The position numbers were made by a program, and so were the translations under genes. A model generated the notes under the pieces. It was not told where the DNA came from. It worked only from the letters and a program-made list of their open reading frames with translations, and made no database searches. Positions 10,771 to 22,815 of a stretch of DNA of 51,648 bases are shown here, piece after piece (within the stretch, counting starts at the first letter, position 1; every line of letters begins with the position of its first letter). The stretch is from Folioceros fuciformis. Taxonomy: Eukaryota. The DNA is taken from NCBI GenBank assembly GCA_049999805.1, contig JBNGIO010004087.1, forward strand, positions 1 to 51,648. Reading direction: 5' to 3'.

Positions 10771-11938
10771 CAATCTTACAGGTACCTTCTGCGGAGCAAT
10801 AACTAGTCTGGTCCGGCAGGATGCTATGGGCTGAAGACAAAACCCGACAAGTGTTTTTAGTTAAGTTGAATAAACAATTACCTAGTCTAATAGCTCCTAG
10901 TAGCACATTTGCAATGGATGCCACTTTGCAAACAAAGTGGAATCTTGGTTTCACTGTGCTTTATGTTGTGCTCACTCTTTCCTACACTCATTCGGTCTCG
11001 GGCGCCACAGTATCCCGCCGGACCTAGGGAGTCAGGAAAACGGAGCCGCTGCAGTACGGCGCCTGATCTGCGAGGCCTTTTGGCGTCAATGGGCTCGTGG
11101 CCGATCGTCACTGGCCAAGCCTGTGTGGGTCTTGCACTCTGTTCCACCAAGCGCATAGATATTTCTGAAATCTGATTTTTCATCCTTGAGTCACATCGCA
11201 CTCGAATAGCAGCCGTTTGAATAAAAATTGGAGGAATTATTTATAGCAGGCAATTAGGTTTGGTGATAAAAAGATGCGGTAGGCTAAGTAGCATGTAGGA
11301 CGGTATGGAGTGCCAAGAGTTTCAAGACTCCCATGATGCTATGGCTACCTACTCTATACATAGGATTGAAATTATGAATTGGCCTTGTCTCCTTTGCCAT
11401 GAAAGGAGCTTTTAGCTCCCTATGCTTCCTCTTCCATAGTCTCATCTTCTTAGGTAGCCATGATCGGTCTACTATGCTATGCTTAGGGCATCCAACTAGA
11501 TGCGTGCCTTATCATATCAAGGGTTGCCCCCAATTATCTCTTGATAAAGAGTAAGCTTCAAGTGGGTGGAGTCGAGGCAAAAACTTACTGTAGTGGGAAG
11601 AGTTGTTGTGGTGCTACAATTTGGAATGCTTGGATGTATGGTCATATCCAAAATGCTAGGATCTTGTGCTCTTTCTTAAGCATTAGCGCAAGCAACCTTG
11701 AAGGAATAGGCTACGAGAGTCTTTGAGAAGAGTCAGCTGCACTTGCTTCCATTGTTTTTGAAGGAGGGAATTTTAAAGCCCTTGGATCCCCCAAAAAGAA
11801 GTATGATGGAGAAAGAGACAAAACAACCCTTGCTCCTAGATGAAAAAAGAGTTCCTCATAGCCTATTGGACATATAAGGTGTGGATAGAAACCAAGTGAT
11901 TTTAGGTTTTGACTTTCGGATGCTCAAGGCAGGTGGCA

Positions 11939-12160
11939 TTTCTCTTCAAGCTTATGGGACTTTACCCAAGAGCTACTTGAAGGTCATTTTCACTAGCTTT
12001 TCTCTTAACGCTTATGGACTCTGCCAAAGAGCTACCTGAAAGGTCATCTTCACTAGCCTTTCTCTTCATGCTTATAGGACTTTGCCAAAGAGCTACTTGA
12101 AGGTCATCTTCACTAGCCTATAAGTGATGTTGTCCAATATAGTGATGTTGTCCAATATAG
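11939..12160. repeat. ~60-bp tandem repeat (3 copies) followed by an 18-bp duplication
   Basis: TTTCTCTT..GCTTAT.GGACTTT.CC.AAGAGCTACTTGAAGGTCAT.TTCACTAGC three times, then GTGATGTTGTCCAATATA twice; probably transposon-derived. Confidence 0.8.
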
Positions 12161-12325
12161 AGTATTGGGGAGTGTTCTTGGCCATCCTTGGCATATCATT
12201 GGGCCCTTCTTCCTTCTCTGCATGGGATTGGTAGTAGTAGGTGGATCTTCAGCTTCAGCATTATAAGTATTTAATAATAGTAACAGTAATAATAAAAATA
12301 ATGATAATATTATAGATATTGGACG

Positions 12326-12370
12326 AAAATCATGACTTTTTGAATAGATTATTCAAAAAGTCATGATTTT
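12326..12370. repeat. Perfect 21-bp inverted repeat with 3-nt loop
   Basis: AAAATCATGACTTTTTGAATA-GAT-TATTCAAAAAGTCATGATTTT. Confidence 0.9.
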
Positions 12371-13822
12371 AGTGCCTTAGCACCAAGAAGTTTTGTGGAC
12401 CAATCAATGTTCATGACATTAAATGCTTTGTTGGCAGTGGACAAAATATTCTTTATTTTCTTCCCTTGGACTCTACAAATATGCTGCAAACGGAATAATA
12501 TTTAATCGGGAGGTCACAACCGTAGCAGGCTCTCGAGAGCGTTTGGAGCAATTTAAGTAAAGTTTGACAGAAACTAGAGACTTTTTAAATTGTGGATCTC
12601 GTAGTAGGAAGCACGCGATCTCGTGTACAGCATGCGGAGGACCTGTATAGAAAAGAGATAGTGCTGAGTTCTTTTTCCTTGTTTGTTGTAGGAAGAAAGT
12701 GAGAAAAGTGAACTGCGACGGAGCGAAAGAAACGGTGTTGTGGATAGGCAGCGGGATAAGTGTTGAGGGAAGTGCTGCACATGTAGAAGTCACAATCTGT
12801 GAAGTCCGGAGCGAGGGGGAGTTCACGTGAGCCAGCAAGTGTCTGGCAAGTGGCAGGAGCGTAACATCGGCTGAATTGGCTAAGAAAAGAGGGTGTCGAA
12901 AGTGGCCCGAATGAGGGGCACGTCAGGGAACCAGGACATGCACCGGGGCCCTTCCGTCGGGTGCCATTTTAAGCGGATGACGCTGGGTGAGTATGCCAGT
13001 GGGTTTCCCTTGAAACGGACCCCCAGGTAATCTAGCGACAAGTCGGGAGCTGGTTGGCGCTCGGAGCGAAATCCCAGAGTAATCCAAAATCGAGCTTCGT
13101 GGATGCGCAACGAGCGGCACGACTGTGGGGCCACATGTGCAACCGGTCCGGAGGATGGTGAAAGGGATGAGAGACGGGGGCAACACAAAAAGACCCGGAC
13201 TCCTCACTCTTTTCATCTCTTTGCCACTCGCACACCCGGCCCCCGGGCATCCTCCTCTCGTCGCTCGCTGTGCACTGCTGAGCTGAGCAGAGCTTGGTCG
13301 CGCTACTTTGCCCCAGCCTCGCCAGGTGATTCGTCTGCACCAGAGTTCAGGCTGCACCACTAGCTGCGTGTTCGAATCTAGCCTCCGAGCTGCCGCGTTT
13401 CCGCTTCGCTCCTGTGCAGCCAGCCATTGCCGTTGCCCACGCTTTTGCTGACTGCGTGCCTGTCGAACTTTATTGCATAGCTGGCTGACTGCAATGAATG
13501 AGTGAGTGAGCGAGTGAGTGACTACAATGAGTGAGTGAGTGGGTTGGTGACTTACTCTGACAATCTTGCCGGACGGAAGCGTAAGGCTGACCCAGTCCAT
13601 AGGTGGTTCCTTGGGCTATGATGAATTCAGTACCGCCTCAGGTTCCGCTTGTGTTGCTGACGGCGGTGTCTCCGCTCTGCCCGAGGAGCCCGCTTGTTCG
13701 CGTCCCGGAATGTTCCCACCTAGAGGGATCTGTGGAGCGGGAGCAGCAGCTGCCGATGGTGCCTTCTGATCTGGGTTTGGCTCTCGCAGTCGTCTCGGCC
13801 CCGGCGCACCGCTTCCACGGCA

Positions 13823-15386
13823 ATGGCGGACTCCGACTCCTTCTTCGACGCTCAGGCCCGCATCTTCTCCCGCATCAAGTGAGTGCTGCGGAGTGACACC
13901 GTCGCTGAATTTGTGGCTCGCTTGGCGATGCCTCGCATCGGGTGCTTGTGGCTGATGCGCGTGGGTGTGGAATGTGGGAGCTGAGCGATTTTGTTGTGGT
14001 GGAACGCAGGGCGGCCCCCCATCTGCAGGAGGTGGCAGCGAAGAAGCTTCTGGCAGTCGCAGAGAGCCTTGAGGCGGAGACTGCCTCGGCCCCCGCGGAA
14101 ACCGAATCCGTCGGCAAGCACCCGATCGGGGACCTGGCGGAGGCCTTCAACAAGTTCAAGATCGACAAGTTTTCGTAAGTCGTATTGTCCTGCAAGTTCC
14201 AGTACTTGGATTTGATGTGGGGTGGCGTTGCCAGCACAGCTGGTGGATCGTCAGCTGGTGACTCATCAGCTAGCTGCCCTTGGACTTGCCGGTGTTGCTG
14301 TGTCCTTTCAGGAAGGAGGAAAGGTACCAGACATTGAAGAGGGGGCAGTGGCCCAAGGTAAGAAGCTGCATCTAAGTACACCTCGATACCATACGGGAGG
14401 GGAGTGTCCTAAACACTCGGTTCGGTTGTACTTGTCTATCTGCCTGCAGTTCATGATCATCACGTGCGCAGACTCCCGAGTGGCCCCTGCCACCGTCCTG
14501 GGGCTGGAGCCTGGAGAAGCTTTCGTCATCCGCAACGTCGCGAACTTGGTTCCCGCTTACGAGAAGGTGTGTGTGACAGGCCTCCCACGCTGCCGCAATT
14601 TAGCGAAGGCTAGCCCTCTGCTTCCTTTCCTTGTCTCACACGAACGAGCTTTGATGGATGGCTGGCTTTTGCAGGGCGGGTACCCCAGCGTCGGGTCTGC
14701 TCTCGAGTATGCTGTCAAGCACCTCAAGGTAAGAACAGTCCACGAATGCCATCGGCCTCGTCTCTATGCGCTTGCTGCTGATCCTTCTCCCCCTCCCCCT
14801 CCTCCTGTTATTCCTGCTATCAATCTGCAGGTGAAGAACATCATAGTGAACGGACATCACAGCTGTGGAGGCATTGCCAATCTTTTGCACACGCAGGGAG
14901 GCAAGGCCAACTGCAAGTAAGTGTTGTTGCTTTCAGCCCAGTCGACTGACGATGCTTCCAACGCCAGAGTATTTGCTCTCGCTGACATATGGCCTGCTGG
15001 TGCACCAGTCACGAATTCGTTGAGGATTGGACCAACATTGCCGCCGACGTCTACACCAAGACGGAGGCGGAGCTCAAGGATGCTCCCGCGGATGAGAAGC
15101 TGCGCTTCGCCGAACGGGTGGGTATCAGTACCAGAAGCAGTACGATTAGATATCATAAGGTCGCGGCTGCCTTCTCATCTCAAGATCCTATCGCATGGCC
15201 TTGTCTTGTGTTTGGCAGGAAGCGGTCAATCTGTCACTCGCCAACGTGCTCACTTACCCATTTGCTGCCAAGGCTGTCGAAGACGGCAGTGTAACGCTTC
15301 ACGGTGCTTACTACGACTTCGTGAACGGAGTTTACGAGCACTGGGACTTCGTGAATGGCAAGCCTGGACCCAAGCAAATTCTATAG
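13823..15386 (+). CDS. Beta-class carbonic anhydrase, 8 coding exons from the ATG at 13823; an N-terminal extension is possible
   Basis: Spliced motifs GQWPK, FMIITCADSRV, GEAFVIRNVANLVP, SALEYAVKHLKVKNIIVNGHHSCGGI and EAVNLSLANVLTYPF..LHGAYYDFVNG; Zn ligands C-x-D-S-R and H-x-x-C intact; GT-AG introns. Confidence 0.95.
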
Positions 15387-15812
15387 GCTGGGAGGGAGAA
15401 GGCCAGAAGGTAGCGTGACATCTGCAGCAGCTTGCTTGCAAGATAGCTGCTGGCACTGTATAAAAGAGTGACCAGCACACAAAGTCCAGTTTCGACTGCC
15501 ACATGGGAAAGTGTCAGGCTGCAATCTCCGTGATTTCAGCGTACTGTACTTGCACAGTTTTGTGGACCCGTTTGTTAGCTATGTCCAAATAGGCTGACAG
15601 AAAATGAAATGGCGGGTCACGTTTATAGTGCAATACAATATCTTATATTTGTCTTTATCTCAGAAGTATCACGCAACCGGCTTGTGTCAGTCAAAAACTT
15701 CCACCAAACATTCGACTGTCTAGCATGGCATGAATTCGGCTGCCGCAGTCGTACCGAATTAATTGCCATCAGCCTTTCTGTTCCCAGGAAATATATTTTC
15801 CACCATGTTCAT

Positions 15813-17219
15813 TTACACATCTGGTAGGTCACCAGGTGGCAGGCCAAGAGCCTCCACCCCTAGTAACCCTCCTTCTTGCATTTCCGAGTGCCTCTTCTCA
15901 ACCAGGTTGAGCCAACTGTGCACTTCAGCCTCGATTTCTGCGCGATGAGGGTCGAACTCCCGCGGCTGCTTGTACCGTTCCTCGCGCTCCTTCTCCACTA
16001 TCTCTCTCTTGTCCTTCTCCGCCTTGGCCACCTTCACCTTGTTGTACACCTCCTTCAGCAGGGTCACAAGCGCCTTCTTGCACCGCAGCAACACTCTCTC
16101 GGGGGAATTCTCGTCCACGCTTGTGAATTCCCCGAGCAGGATTTTGTCCACCAGGCGCTTGGTGCCGGTGAGCATGGAGATAAGGTTCCCAGAGTGCCTG
16201 GCTCTCTTTAACGCCACGTCCCGTTCTATCCTGTGGATAGTCTCCTCAGTGTGCGACACCGTGGAGGCCAATGTGGCGGCATAGAAGGGTCCCTTGCTGC
16301 CGGACTCGATGCCCATCACATCATCCATGACCTGGAAGCCTGCGATGTTCCTCCTCATCAACCGTCTCTGCTCCGCCGTGAGATTCGGGTTCATTTGCAG
16401 CTCCATCAGCTCCTTGTACATCTTGGCGTAGTACTGCGACCGTTTCTCTTGCTCCAGGAGGTGCAAAAACACCTCCCTCATGTTTGGTTCCTTGAACTCC
16501 TTGATGATCTTGGCGATCTCCACATCCATCTCCTTCTGCTCCGCCCGAGTATCGGGTACCCGCTTCTCTGAGAAGCAGTAGCCTAGCAGCAGCTCATCAA
16601 GCTCGATCTTGGATGCATTGCGCGCCCTTTCCGAGTCGTAGTACATGAGAATGATCTGTGTCAGCTGGTACTCTTTTCTCTTCAAAGTCGCCTCCAGAGC
16701 TGCCATTTGCAGCTCAAATGCAGCGCGGTCTTGTCGCATGGGAGTCACCGTGCCCGTGTAGCTCTTGCGCAAATCCTGAGATGCCTTGATCTTGTTGTGA
16801 ATGAAAGTGAAGAGCGCCTCAAACCTACTGATTGGGCCCCTGTCCTGTTCGATTCCCTTCAAATCGAGGGCCGCGCAGTTCGCCTCTGTGATCTGGCTCT
16901 CCAGTTGCCTCTGTTTGTTTATTACTAGGTCCTTCTGCTCGTCGTACACTCTGCGCAGTAGCTTCACTCGTTCAATCATCCTGTTCATGTCGCTAACCCC
17001 GAAGCTGCATCGCTCAGCTGCCAACAGGGCATTCAATGCGGCTCGTAGCTGCCGATTCTCGATCTTGGCTGCTCTGATGGCCGTCCTGTTTCTCTGGATC
17101 TTGATCTCTGCGGCTGTGTGGTATGCTTTTGAGCATAATTGGAGATGTGTGAATTTGTACTCAAGCTCAACCATTCTCTCCTTGGCTATGTTAGCGGCTC
17201 TCTTTGCTGCCCCCGCCAT
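15813..17219 (-). CDS. Intronless 468-aa coiled-coil protein resembling the outer dynein arm docking complex (CCDC151/CCDC114-ODA1 family)
   Basis: Long ORF with coding-like codon bias. The N-terminus ELEYKFTHLQLCSKAYHTAAEIKIQRNRTAIRAAKIENRQLR resembles the ODA-DC N-terminal coiled coil; the family call is from memory only. Confidence 0.65.
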   Translation of the reverse strand: MAGAAKRAANIAKERMVELEYKFTHLQLCSKAYHTAAEIKIQRNRTAIRAAKIENRQLRAALNALLAAERCSFGVSDMNRMIERVKLLRRVYDEQKDLVINKQRQLESQITEANCAALDLKGIEQDRGPISRFEALFTFIHNKIKASQDLRKSYTGTVTPMRQDRAAFELQMAALEATLKRKEYQLTQIILMYYDSERARNASKIELDELLLGYCFSEKRVPDTRAEQKEMDVEIAKIIKEFKEPNMREVFLHLLEQEKRSQYYAKMYKELMELQMNPNLTAEQRRLMRRNIAGFQVMDDVMGIESGSKGPFYAATLASTVSHTEETIHRIERDVALKRARHSGNLISMLTGTKRLVDKILLGEFTSVDENSPERVLLRCKKALVTLLKEVYNKVKVAKAEKDKREIVEKEREERYKQPREFDPHRAEIEAEVHSWLNLVEKRHSEMQEGGLLGVEALGLPPGDLPDV

Positions 17220-19282
17220 GTTTGCCTGCTAATTACAATATGCACCTGATGATTCGACGTATGATTTGTCAGTGGCGTGAGGCCTTCAAAGCCCTCTCTG
17301 AAGCATCAAACCGTGGCCTTCAAACAACATCGAGTCGAACCTAGCCTGGTTCGGTAGTTTGCAATGTAAGCACGCCTCTCCAGCCCCCCTGCTTTCATGT
17401 CAAACCAATTCCACGAATAATTAATTTACGGTTGCACATTTCATCTGCGCTCCGCTTTGGTGCAGTAAGCGCTAAGATGCACGGACCACCAGGTGCTGCA
17501 ACCTCGAGCATCCAGCATTGGCCACTAGTGGCATGTTGTGTAAGCCATCAAAAAGGGATGATGCAGCCGAGCTCAGCCATCCTTCCTGCAAATTCATGAT
17601 GAAGGACACTGATTCGACCCTTCAATGTCCACGTCGCTGCGTTTTAGTTTCAGCAGTGCACATTTGATGGATGGCGTTGAGCACTTGTATTGCTTCCCAC
17701 AATTGATCAGCAGCGCTGTTGACGAGAAGTCTCGCCCTGGTTGCATACAAGGAATGCAGACTGAACAGTGCGAGTTTGCACCAGCTTCCCAAACCTGGAC
17801 AATGTCGGCACTGCAGGGAATCGGGACCCATGAGAAGCAATCGTTCCCAGATGCTTTCAACACCGCCACAGCTCTGTAGTAATGTCCTTTGGTGACTAAG
17901 TTCACGTGAAATGGGTAGTTATTCAGCTCCAACTAGAAGTCTGGTGGCGAGGGACAAATATTAGGGCTGTGCTTCAAAAGATAACTGTGCGCAGCAACAA
18001 GAATCTAGGTGAAGACCTAACCTCCGCCTTCTGTCTCCCATTGAAAGAGTCTTCAGGTCACACATCAATGCGAGCTTTGTTCATAGGCACACTACCCAAT
18101 TCCAGCTTTGAAGTTTGTACGCGATCCAGTTTGGAGCATGCCTGCGCTTGGCTGACAAGAAGAAGGGAATGGGTGCAGGCTGATCGCGTACTGCTGACCC
18201 TGCAAATGCCATCCCCTGAGACGACGCTCTGGATTGCTCATTCTCGAAACTCTCCTTCAACTGCCTGCCTGTGGGCTTCCTACTTCTTCTGACGGATCAC
18301 GCTTCTCTGTGGAGGGTGCCTGACTCCATCTTCAAGTTCTCTTTTCTACTGGAAACGAGTGTCGTCTCCATAGTAAGTAGTACTCTATCGATCAAATAGA
18401 GGTGCAATCTGGGAATCTGGTCATGAGCACACTGGTCACCGGATTTTCCTGCCGAATCAGCTCGCGATTGGAGGAAATTTCGCAGGAGTGGTGGTCGTAG
18501 GCTGATCCGAGGTGCACTTGGTTCACATTTCTGAACTGCTAGTGGCCTGCGGACCACAGTCCCCTTTATAGATTGCGGCACAGGGAAGACGAGAAGACTG
18601 GTAGCCCTGTCGGTCAACGGGGACCCTCTCATCTTCACGCAGCATGGCCTGATACTTCTTCTTGACAGTTGCAAGGACGAGGGGGAGTTTTCCGAGGCTC
18701 CAGTTCCAAGTGGAACAGCAACAGGTTTCGACACACATGTACATATATGCACATTGTACCCCAACAGTTGTCCTTTCATGCGCTTCCAAAGGCCGTTCCT
18801 ATCCTGTTGGATGGAGGAGAAGAGAGTCTATATTAGGACGCTTCCCTTGATGTAGATTCCCTGGAGCGGAAGTCACATTACTTTTGTCAGCCATGCAGTC
18901 TGCATGGGATGAAGCTCGTTTCTCGGCTGGGCAACATCACGCCAGCGTCTGACCAATTTTAACCTAAAACAGTTAGGCTGAAGAAAGAAAGTCTCTTCGT
19001 ATCTTTCTTCTGGGGAAGAGACCGCCGACATATCTCTGTAGCTACACACAATTCCGTTCGCACGGCAAGAGCCCGTCAAGTACTGTAACAGAACACGGAG
19101 TTGTGGAAAACTCTTTGTGATGGCAAGGTGCCTGATATCTACATATCTTACAGGGAGTGCGGTGAGCATTTGTCAGCACAAAACCTATGACGTACGGTTC
19201 AGAAGCATGTTGATCCTATCCTCAGCTCAAATGTATGTACATATCCGCAGCTAAATCTGTGCTTCCCAGACTCTGGACAAAT

Positions 19283-21413
19283 TCAGCAGATAAGTCGCCT
19301 CCTGGCCTTCGTGTGTTTGGCCATCTCCAGACGCATTCTCTTGCACAGCTTCTCCAGCTCATCAACCCTGGATTGAACTTGCCTCAAATTGAGCCTCAAG
19401 TCGTCATTTTGCTGACATACGTCCCTCATGTTTGTGGACTCTGCACCTCCGTCTGCGAGAAAGTTACCAGAATCGAAAATCTTGCCCACCAATCCGCCGC
19501 TGTTGCTCCGAGCCGCCTTTTTCTTCTTCCTCGTGTAAACAGCTGCAACTGCTGACCTCAGCTGAATCTGTTGTGCCAGTAATACTTGCAAACTCACACA
19601 AGGCGGAAATGTTTTGTTCTTGGTAAGGTGCTTGCAAGTATCCATGGACAGCTTCTGATAGTTGAGGACCCCGCACAGGCTCACTGCTTCGGACTCATCA
19701 ACGTTAGGATGGGCCTGCAAAAAAATATAGGAAGACTAGCCGTCAGCAGAGAACTTCAACAAGATGCTGTACACGAAGTTTTGAAAAGAACTTTCCGACC
19801 AGAATTTTCTGAACTGGTCGGCAGAATTGACAGGATGGTGGTAAGAAGAAACATCACCTCGAGATAGATATCGATAGCTCTGTACAGTCCATCATGACTA
19901 CACCTGGCAAAGTCTGGAAGCGCTCCAGCAAGTGCTTCAAACTTGGCGGCTTTCAGGTGCACGTCCGCAGCGATTTCACTCAAGTATTTGTCCAGAAGAT
20001 CCCCCACCGCGTACAAGGCCTTCTGCACTCCGAAGGGACCAATATTTTCATCCAACATCCTGGAACCGTCCTTGTGGGTGTCGAACAACCAAGCAAGGAA
20101 GCCATGTTCCTGCTTCTTCTCAGCAGCCAGCATGGAGGCTTCCAGGAGAGCCTCCCGATCCTTGAGGAAACAATCCACCAATCGCAAGACCAGGTCCACG
20201 TCATACAGGGGCGCACAATTGCGCGGGGGGAGCGTAGGGACCAGAATGTTGTCGAGGGTGGCCGCATCCAACTGAGACCCAATCTTGAGCTCGAGCTGCT
20301 TTCTGCAAGCGTCGTTGGCATCCAGCACAAAAGCCACCCTGAGTAGCCCAAAGAGAGTCTTACAGGAGGTAGATCCCTCCTCCAGAGACGAGAGCAAGCT
20401 GACCACAATTTCCAAAATGTCGCACTGTACTCCCTGGGAGTAGCTAGGCATCATAGGTAGCTCTTCCGTGGGGGTCTTCTTCTTGGGAGATGGGCAGAGG
20501 GATCCGCTGAAGGCAACGAGCGGAGAAACCGAGTTGCATCCGAGCACAGGCAAAGACTTGCGAATGTAGTGGAGGAGAAATCTGGAGAGCAGCTTGTGAT
20601 CCACCCGGTAGGCAGCGAGCACTTTCACCACTTTCTCCACCACATAAACTGGCAAGGAGCACAAATCCTGAAACCACCAGTACTTCTTGGGAGCGAGGGA
20701 ACCGAAGCTGCTATCGCTTGCGGTTGACATGCGGTGAGAGTCGAACGACTTGTGAGAAGCCGTGGGGCTGGTGTTCCCAGGACCTCCGGAACCAGCTCCG
20801 AAGGCAGCGGAAGCCTCCACAATCTTTGTGGCCAAGGACTCCACGCATCTTTGCACCAGCGGCGCGCTCTCGGGAAAGGAGAGGAGAGATTCGCAGCTCC
20901 TGAGCACCGTGACGCTCTCGTGCCAGCTCATCACCACGACGTTCTTGAGAAAAGATTCCGTCCTCCTGAGCAGATTGGCCTTCCCCTGTTCCTCCGTCAT
21001 ATCCAGCACCTCAGCGATGCAGCGCAGGCGCGCCACATTCGCGGAGGTGATGACAATGTCCCCGTTGCTGTAACAAAACCTAGTGGCGAGCTCAAACGCC
21101 TCCGGTCCTCCGGGGACATTGTCCAGGGCAATGAGGACAGGATCCGGCAATCCCGCGACGGAGCTGGTTCTGTCCGCCTTGCACGAGGTCCTGACGAGCC
21201 TGAGGAGCAGCGCACTGCGGTGAAGAAGATCCTGCAACGACAGAGCAAGGCCGTGAGCCAAACAACCCCACTGACAGGGCCCGACCTCAGGATCCCGGGC
21301 GCGCGCAAGCACGCCCGGCACACAGCACCAAGTGTCATCCATAATGTTACCGAGTTGAGAAAGAATGTCTCCTCCCCGTTGATCTGAATCTGAAGGTCGC
21401 AAACATAGGCCAT
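19283..21413 (-). CDS. NPH3/RPT2-like BTB-POZ protein, 3 exons
   Basis: Exons 21413-21351, 21231-19858, 19714-19283. Motifs CDLQIQING, PGGPEAFELATRFCY, WWFQDL, IGSQLDAATLDNILVP, YDVDLVLRL, DKYLSEIAAD, HDGLYRAIDIYLEAHP and a C-terminal coiled coil. Confidence 0.93.
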
Positions 21414-21435
21414 GGCCAGGCCGGCAGTCCTAGGC

Positions 21436-21535
21436 NNNNNNNNNNNNNNNNNNNNNNNNNNNNNNNNNNNNNNNNNNNNNNNNNNNNNNNNNNNNNNNNN
21501 NNNNNNNNNNNNNNNNNNNNNNNNNNNNNNNNNNN
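21436..21535. other. Assembly gap (100 N)
   Basis: Run of N immediately 5' of the NPH3 start codon. Confidence 0.99.
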
Positions 21536-22726
21536 GCGTGCGAGAAGCAGGTTCAAGAACTGTTGTCGGGAATTGGTGAGAGAGCCCCGGCCCGCATTCT
21601 CGCCTGTGGGTAGAGCAGGAATGCAGCCACCCGGGCGACGAGGAGGAGGAGGAGGAATTAGTAGATGGTCCAGGCTGTCCACATTCAAACGCCTGAGGCG
21701 AGAATGCCGTGGCGCAGATGCTGGGACAGCAGGTGTGAGACAAGACAGGGAGGCGCGGGAGGAGATGGCGGCAAGCTGCAGCGGGAATGTTGAAGAAGAG
21801 AAGCAGGTGCGAGGGTGCGTGCGGTGTGGTCCACACGGGTGCTGAGCAAGAGGAGGCAGAAGCGGATGCAGAGGCAGAGGCAGAGGCAGAGACAGAGGCA
21901 GCAGCAGGGGCACACAAATCCACGCAGTTGGGAGAGGAGAATCTATCCAGGATGTGCAGGCGTGAAGCGACTGCACAGAGTATGTATGTAGTAAGTAAGT
22001 ACTGCAGTCCGTGCCTGCGCTGCAGCGGCTCGCGATTTCCAGCGGCCAGGGAAGCAGGAAAACGGAATGCAATGCGAGCGCTGAGTGGTGGCAGACACAG
22101 GCGCCCGCGGGCAGGAGGGCAGGCGGGCAAGCAGGCGAGCCAGCCACAGCCAGCTTGCGGGGCCCTTGCTGCTTCGAGGAGCGGGAAAGGGAGGCGTAAA
22201 AAGCGTTAATCTCACGCGTCACTCTCGGCCTCGGCGCATCCATCCTAGGCGTAGGAGGTCACCCAAGTACACACTACGCGCGGTTCACCATTTTTTGTAC
22301 ATACAGAACACATGTACATGTACAGTGAAGGCTGCCCCTGTCCCCTGTGCCGCTCGTGCTCTCGCTCTTCCTCTTGCTCTTTGCTCTTTGCTCTTACCTC
22401 TTAGCTGTTGCATCTCTCATAAAGGACCAGCCCCGCTTCCGGGTACAGCTACGGACACGTGTTTTGGGGCAGTCGGACGAGGAAGTGGCCCACTGGGACA
22501 CTTGAAGCGGGAGCCCATGCAACTTTTGTAAGTACGGTGCCATGCCATGGAAGGGTTTAAATGTGCTCCACATCTACGTAACTATACCACCTGTGTTCAG
22601 TACATACACTATTTCCTAGTACATATGTAGACTACTTACTGTCCATGGCTACAACTCGCTTTTAACCTGTTCAAGCTTCATCAGATTTGTTCAGCGGTAA
22701 CCCCTTGAGAACAATGTGGTCGCGTC

Positions 22727-22815
22727 TGTCTGATCTGGTCTGGTCTGGCCTGGTCTGGTCTGGTCTGGTCTGACCTGACCCGACCTGACCTGATCTGATC
22801 TGATCTAATCTGGTC
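22727..22815. repeat. Pentanucleotide microsatellite (TCTGG/TCTGA/CCTGA)n
   Basis: Seen directly in the sequence. Confidence 0.85.

Noticed and set aside
12880-13600. Minus-strand ORFs of 102-225 aa upstream of the carbonic anhydrase
   Set aside because: GC-rich promoter or leader sequence with a GTGA microsatellite; no coding signature
20997-22531. Long ORFs (377, 298, 148 aa) upstream of NPH3
   Set aside because: The two longest cross the N gap, and all lie in GC-rich low-complexity leader sequence with no recognisable domain
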